Of a DNA stretch of 64,000 nt, positions 59,502 to 64,000 are shown piece by piece (position 1 is the stretch's first letter; every line of letters starts with the position of its first letter). The notes under the pieces were generated by a model. The model saw nothing but the letters and a program-made list of their open reading frames with translations. It had not been told where the DNA came from and ran no database searches. The position numbers were made by a program, and so were the translations under genes. The DNA is from Escherichia coli (GTDB lineage: Bacteria; Pseudomonadota; Gammaproteobacteria; Enterobacterales; Enterobacteriaceae): NCBI RefSeq assembly GCF_041248615.1, contig NZ_CP158426.1; one strand, written 5' to 3'.

Positions 59502-59932
59502 ATGTATCGCCTCGATTGCCTGCGGGGTCCTAATCCCGGCACCCGTTTTATGAGGTGCCTTATAACCATAAACCGTGTTGCCGCATAACGGCAAGCTCTT
59601 TTTTATGGACTCCGAAAACTCACTATTGGAAGAACCAGATGCACAATACATCGCGCTCATTTCGTTAACGTCACGCGCATGGACGAAGGTTTTTGTGGAG
59701 TCACTACGCGAGAAGAGAAAGCCATCTACGACCAGAAATTCTCTGGCGCAGCCGCTGACCTTCTCAACGCTAACACCATCGACCGTAATTTCTGACATGG
59801 TTAAGGCATCCGCTCCTACCACCAGCAAATGACAAACTTTGCTTGTATCTGCTGTATTAATGCCTGACTTTGCTGTCATATTGCTGGATTTTGGCGACAT
59901 ACCAGCCAGTGAAAATATCTTCTTCTGGACGG

Positions 59933-60115
59933 TTAGCATTTGTTAACCTCCGCGAACTCCTTCATGAAGCGCGCCAGCGGTTGTACGCATGGCGATTGAT
60001 ACCCGTCGCGATAAAACGTCACTCGGTTGTGAGACACGCTTTCGACAGTAACGAGTGCTCCGTGGGCATCTTTGTAGCGTTTTTGTGGTTGTGGTATTCC
60101 TGTTGGCTTAGACAT
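59933..60115 (-). CDS. DUF4222-like small protein (60 aa)
   Basis: MSKPTGIPQPQKRYKDAHGALVTVESVSHNRVTFYRDGYQSPCVQPLARFMKEFAEVNKC shows the pattern KD..G..V.V......V.F.RDGY......P...F.K.F. Its ATG overlaps the upstream stop (AATGTCTAA). Confidence 0.5.
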   Translation of the reverse strand: MSKPTGIPQPQKRYKDAHGALVTVESVSHNRVTFYRDGYQSPCVQPLARFMKEFAEVNKC

Positions 60116-60941
60116 TGAGCGCCTCCAGACGCTTGGCGAGCCAGCGTTGCGACAGGTGGGTGAGTTCTCCTTTGCGCTGCTCATATTCCATGCCCATATC
60201 AATTAACGTGATATTGGTGCTTTCGAGATATGAGAGGTGCTCAAGCTGTTCTGCGTTCATATGGTCGCGAGGTTCGCCAGAATAGCCATTTATCCGCGCC
60301 CACTGCTTAGCAGTTAGCCCTCCAAGAACGATACGAGAAATCATATTGCTCTCGTTTGTGTAGTGGTGTTGCTGCGTCGTTTTCCCCTGCTCGGCACGGG
60401 CCATATTCAGCGCATCGCACATTGGCTTAAAGTTGTTTGCGGCACTGATACGGGCTTTTAGCTGGCGACGATAGCGGGCGGCGATTTCAGGCACGCTACG
60501 CTGTAATTCTTCCTCGCACTGGATGAAATAACGACGGATAGCGCGACCCTGATCATTGCGTTCGATCATTGCCAGTTCTTTCGCCATTCCGACACTTAAC
60601 AGATAGTCTTTGCCGGGTCTGCCAGACTGCTTAATCTTGCTGTAAGCCGCGCCATTCGGGCTTTTCCCCAAATTTGGGGAAATTGTTTTATGGACTGAGT
60701 AATCGTGCCCAATGGTGAAGTCATATTCAGAGATGCGATCAGTGATCCATGTAGAGAAGTCTTTTCCCACGCCCAACGCTTTGTGTAACGCTTTTGCGCT
60801 AACAATATTGGTTTCACGCCCACCGATGTGACCAGGAATAACCGGGACAATTGCGGCAAATTCATTACCGTTAATTGTGCCCAGAGAGGCGTTCAGATGA
60901 GGGGCGGCCTCAGAAATTAATCTGCTTTTTTCGATGTTCAT
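60108..60941 (-). CDS. Phage antirepressor-type protein (AntA/Bro-N-like N-terminus + KilAC-like C-terminus)
   Basis: 277 aa, with ...NIVSAKALHKALGVGKDFSTWITDRISEYDFTIGHDY... and ...DYLLSVGMAKELAMIERNDQGRAIRRYFIQCEEEL. Confidence 0.7.
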   Translation of the reverse strand: MNIEKSRLISEAAPHLNASLGTINGNEFAAIVPVIPGHIGGRETNIVSAKALHKALGVGKDFSTWITDRISEYDFTIGHDYSVHKTISPNLGKSPNGAAYSKIKQSGRPGKDYLLSVGMAKELAMIERNDQGRAIRRYFIQCEEELQRSVPEIAARYRRQLKARISAANNFKPMCDALNMARAEQGKTTQQHHYTNESNMISRIVLGGLTAKQWARINGYSGEPRDHMNAEQLEHLSYLESTNITLIDMGMEYEQRKGELTHLSQRWLAKRLEALNV

Positions 60942-60953
60942 TTTCAGTCTCCG

Positions 60954-61385
60954 TTAGGCGGCGTTAAACGCGTCCGGGTAGAGTTTCAGAATGTCGGCAA
61001 TTTCCTGCTGAGAAAGTCCGTTGTGATCATTTATGTTCGCAAGATGGTTAACATGAGTGATCACTTTCAGAACATCACCACGGCAGGAGAAACGGTAGCG
61101 AAGGTGTGTTCCGATACCATCAGGATTCTTTTCGTCGATACGCTCCAGAGTGATTCCAAGCTGGCGTTCTAACTCTGTTGCATAGTTACGACCAGAAGAC
61201 AGACGGCAGTAGCGAAGAATGTCATTTTCTGTCCATCCCTCTATACCAGTACGCAGCATATAGACTCGGGCACGATGCTTTTTCGGTGTGCGCTTTGGTG
61301 CTTGAAGGGATTTTGTAAGGGGCGTAATATCAGATACGCGAATATCTGAATTAGCCGCCTGTAATGGGCGGTTTTTCTTTTCCAT
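60954..61385 (-). CDS. Hypothetical protein (143 aa)
   Basis: Overlaps the AlpA-like gene stop by 1 nt. The N-terminus is basic. No family recognised. Confidence 0.5.
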   Translation of the reverse strand: MEKKNRPLQAANSDIRVSDITPLTKSLQAPKRTPKKHRARVYMLRTGIEGWTENDILRYCRLSSGRNYATELERQLGITLERIDEKNPDGIGTHLRYRFSCRGDVLKVITHVNHLANINDHNGLSQQEIADILKLYPDAFNAA

Positions 61386-61603
61386 CAGGCCACCTTCCCG
61401 CGGCGTTCTGCCAGCCAGTTATTAATTTCCACCGCATCAAACGCAGTCACGTTATCTGTTAGCTTCACTGGGCGTGGAAGAGTGCCATTTTTAACCCATC
61501 TATCAATAGTAGGCAGTGAAACACCTAGCAATTCCGGCATGCGAAAGCGACGGATGTATCCAGTTGTTGGGATAGCTGATGATGCTGGCTTGTGTGCTGT
61601 CAT
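61385..61603 (-). CDS. AlpA/Vis-like excisionase-type regulator
   Basis: 72 aa. ...YIRRFRMPELLGVSLPTIDRWVKNGTLPRPVKLTDNVTAFDAVEINNWL is the AlpA family signature. Confidence 0.8.
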   Translation of the reverse strand: MTAHKPASSAIPTTGYIRRFRMPELLGVSLPTIDRWVKNGTLPRPVKLTDNVTAFDAVEINNWLAERRGKVA

Positions 61604-62074
61604 ATCTCTAGTAACCTCTCTGATAGCTCATGAAGTTACTTAAAGTTTAGTGGTTGCCCATACAGTATTTCTATTAAGACTAGAATCTATTGAAAGAAAT
61701 TATAAATCTATTGAAAAAATACCGATCCACTGAAAGATTGCAAATGCAGGTGGGATAATTATTTTCTTTATTTTCAATTAGTTACCAGTTTAAAAAATCA
61801 TTGTTTTATCAAAGAGTTATATCTTTCATCGTCATTCATCATGTTTTTACATTTCTTTTTATCTTTTATTATTCAATTGGTTGAGTCGGTTTATAATGGC
61901 TCATGATGGCTTAAAATGGCTAATGATAGCTGGCGTATCTTTTAGAGATGGGGTGATTACAGATGAACTAAGCCGAACAGATATAGCAATGGCTAGGCAT
62001 AGAATTATCTATGCTGGTGGAGATGGGTAAACAGGTAATGCCCCGCCATTGCTTTGGAGGGGCGTGAAAAGTGA

Positions 62075-62725
62075 TTAGTCGAGATCGTGGACAGCTAATA
62101 AAGCCCGTGAGATTTTTTCTAGGAATGTGGCTTTTGCTATTCCTTTATGGGATATCCCTTCATCCTTGATTAAGGTTTCTATGTCACGGTATATAGCTGT
62201 GCGATTAGGTTTCCCATTTTGGATGTAGGAAGATGAGCCTGATTTTTTTATCAGCAGATGTACTATCAACCCCATCATTTTCATTGTCCCGTTTTCCTCA
62301 TCCTGCTTTCTATGCTGCCCACGTCCGCTGCGGTTGGTTTCTTTGATGTAGTTTACTAACTGGAGTCCTCCAAGGTTTCGGGCTTTTTCTTCCCAGCCCT
62401 TGGTGCCACGCAAATCATCAATCGCTTCTGATATTTTCTGAACAATTATTTCTGGTGTATTTGTGTCAATAAATGGGTAAGAAGCTAAGAAAATATCAAG
62501 GGCATGGCAAGGCTCGTCTTTACTAGTTTTTTCACCTCTGTACACCTTGATAGCTCTGGCAAGATGAGTTCTGACAAAATCGACATATTCGAAATTTTCC
62601 TCAGGCACATCGCTAATGCGCATAGATGGGTTTAGGCCAGCCAAGGCCACAGCCATTTCATGAGGGGTAATCGATACAGATGAACAAAGCCGTTCGATTG
62701 GCGATTTTCTCAAGATGTTGTTCAC
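62075..62725 (-). CDS. Hypothetical 216-aa protein coupled to the integrase gene
   Basis: The GTG start overlaps the integrase stop (GTGA). GC is lower than in neighbouring genes. No family recognised. The alternative start is Met24. Confidence 0.5.
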   Translation of the reverse strand: MNNILRKSPIERLCSSVSITPHEMAVALAGLNPSMRISDVPEENFEYVDFVRTHLARAIKVYRGEKTSKDEPCHALDIFLASYPFIDTNTPEIIVQKISEAIDDLRGTKGWEEKARNLGGLQLVNYIKETNRSGRGQHRKQDEENGTMKMMGLIVHLLIKKSGSSSYIQNGKPNRTAIYRDIETLIKDEGISHKGIAKATFLEKISRALLAVHDLD

Positions 62726-63990
62726 ATTTGCCTCCGGGCTTTATCGAATGGCGTTACGTTGTAGTCTTTCCCGCTTTCCAGTGCCACCAGCAGATCAGCC
62801 CACTGTGCCAGCGCAGCTTTACGCTCATCAAAATACTGATGGCGGTTATAAATCCCCTCCACACCCTTAATGCGATGATTGAGGCATCGTTCCGCTACGA
62901 CAGGATCAACACCCAATGCTGCTAAATGAGTACGTGCGGTACGCCGGAAGTCGTGAATCGTGAAATTAGGCACATCCGGCATTTCGGCGCGAACCTTAGC
63001 CAGTGCTACGGGTAAAGTGCTTTCCTGAATATGTGGGATCATTCTGTTTTGCATCTTCCTGGCTGGAAGCACCCATGCGCTATTACATGAAAAGGTGTGT
63101 AGCTCTCTCAACCATTCAACGGCTGGGGAAGGTAGAGGTATATCAATAGGGTCTCCGTTTTTGCTGCGTTCTTCCGGCAAATGCCATACCGCACCATCTA
63201 AATCAAACTCTTCCCATCGTGCGGCGCATAACTCCATCTTACGAACGCATAGTGCCAGCAATAGCTTAAATGTCAGTTCGTTCTGGCGGCTGAATCCTTT
63301 TGCGGTGCGCATAGCTTCGAATAGCCTGATAAGCTCATCGCGAGTTAGCCAACGGTCGCGGGAAACCTCTTTACCACCAGCATCAGATACTTCAAACGCT
63401 GAACAAGGGTTTATCTCCAGAGCGTGGCGTTTTATCCCATAGTCAAAGATACGGCGTGTCCAGCGTAATACATCTGTTGCTATCGTTGGTGCTCCTCGGT
63501 CAACGATACCTTTCAACATGTCGTCAATGTGGCGTGGCTTAACGTCCTCCACCTTCATATGCCCAATGCAGGGGTTAATATCCTTATCAATTCTCCGGCG
63601 AAGGATATCGGGATGTTTCCATCTTGGAAGTATCTGGCGCTCGAAGTATTCGGCGGCCAGATCTGAAACGCGCATGGCGTTTTTCTCAGCCTCCATTTTT
63701 GCCAGTGCTTCAGCTTTTCGTTCCTGTTTCTCTGCTGCTACGTCATAGCCAAGAGCAACTCTGGCTGACAGCTCTTTTGCTGTTTCTCTGGCTTTTGATA
63801 GTGACAGTTCGGAGTAAGAGCCTATAACCATAGCCCGCTGCTTTCCTGCGAGCTTATAGCGGAATCGCCAGAACGGGACTGTGTAGTTTTTTGGGTAGCA
63901 AATATAAAGGCCGTTGCCGTCTGCCTTGCCATCAAATCTGTCTCCCGCCTTTATCCATGCGCGGATCTGCATATCTGTGAGTTTTGGCAT
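62722..63990 (-). CDS. P4-type tyrosine integrase of the yicC-inserted element
   Basis: 422 aa starting MPKLTDMQIRAWIKAGDRFDGKADGNGLYICYPKNYTVPFWRFRYKLAGKQR... The catalytic region is HDFRRTARTHLAALG...LNHRIKGVEGIYNRHQY. It starts 10 bp from the window edge. Confidence 0.9.
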   Translation of the reverse strand: MPKLTDMQIRAWIKAGDRFDGKADGNGLYICYPKNYTVPFWRFRYKLAGKQRAMVIGSYSELSLSKARETAKELSARVALGYDVAAEKQERKAEALAKMEAEKNAMRVSDLAAEYFERQILPRWKHPDILRRRIDKDINPCIGHMKVEDVKPRHIDDMLKGIVDRGAPTIATDVLRWTRRIFDYGIKRHALEINPCSAFEVSDAGGKEVSRDRWLTRDELIRLFEAMRTAKGFSRQNELTFKLLLALCVRKMELCAARWEEFDLDGAVWHLPEERSKNGDPIDIPLPSPAVEWLRELHTFSCNSAWVLPARKMQNRMIPHIQESTLPVALAKVRAEMPDVPNFTIHDFRRTARTHLAALGVDPVVAERCLNHRIKGVEGIYNRHQYFDERKAALAQWADLLVALESGKDYNVTPFDKARRQM

Positions 63991-64000
63991 TGCGAATACC

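Larger units (their letters stand above)
44975..64000. mobile_element. P4-like integrative satellite-type element inserted at the 3' end of yicC (right end beyond window)
   Basis: K-12 order is dinD-yicC. Here dinD is followed by a yicC tail remnant and then 19 kb carrying: PerC-like and Abi_2 proteins; an ejection-protein-like operon; an alpha-like primase flanked by iterons; Icd-like protein and a CI-like leader; an antirepressor; an AlpA-like protein; and a P4-type integrase reading inward from the right edge. Confidence 0.75.

Noticed and set aside
58911-59939. 342-aa track ORF taken as one protein
   Set aside because: Its middle third translates the structured RNA leader and looks non-proteinaceous. 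The same DNA contains a separate Icd-like ORF with a strong SD in another frame, and the last 72 codons have their own coupled ATG.

Caveat: the frame staying open for about 105 codons across the leader is unlikely by chance, and P4 has nested kil/eta genes overlapping cI. An Ash/eta-like translated frame starting at 59939 therefore remains possible.

Overview
This window is an Escherichia coli chromosome, not K-12, around selC, and it falls into three blocks. All calls rest on reading the sequence, the ORF track and remembered protein families; no database search was possible.

(i) 1-25486: the integrase-proximal part of a selC-inserted genomic island.
- A P4-type integrase abuts tRNA-Sec.
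- Behind it lies a heavily IS-riddled mosaic: IS1, a truncated IS3-family element, one complete and one truncated IS66-family element, an IS911-like element, IS2, and IS91-like and IS2-like remnants.
- Cargo includes an AIDA-type autotransporter and a ChuA/HemR-type heme receptor with a DUF4198-like partner.
- It also carries CP4-57-like genes: a YfjP-type GTPase, a WYL regulator with one in-frame TAG, AlpA, and three Gp2/YfjJ-like paralogues.
- An AT-rich 407-codon gene is cleanly split by IS2.

(ii) 25487-44950: conserved backbone in K-12 order, selC-yicJ-yicI-yicH-xanP-gltS-recG-trmH-spoT-rpoZ-gmk-ligB-yicG-dinD. One extra 288-aa ORF is wedged between gltS and recG.

(iii) about 44975 to beyond 64000: an integrative element of at least 19 kb sits where yicC should follow dinD. 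A displaced yicC 3' tail and its terminator mark the left junction, and a second P4-type integrase lies at the right edge.
- Its backbone looks like a P4-type satellite: AlpA/Vis-like protein, antirepressor, Icd-like protein, a CI-RNA-like immunity leader, and a 919-aa alpha-like primase-helicase.
- It has two inverted clusters of a 9-bp iteron, resembling the P4 ori/crr pair.
- It lacks any capsid, terminase or sid/psu-type genes.
- Instead it carries an operon resembling the P22 14-7-20-16 ejection-protein block, fronted by a LexA box, plus an Abi_2 protein and other cargo.

I consider block (iii) the best candidate for an undescribed system.
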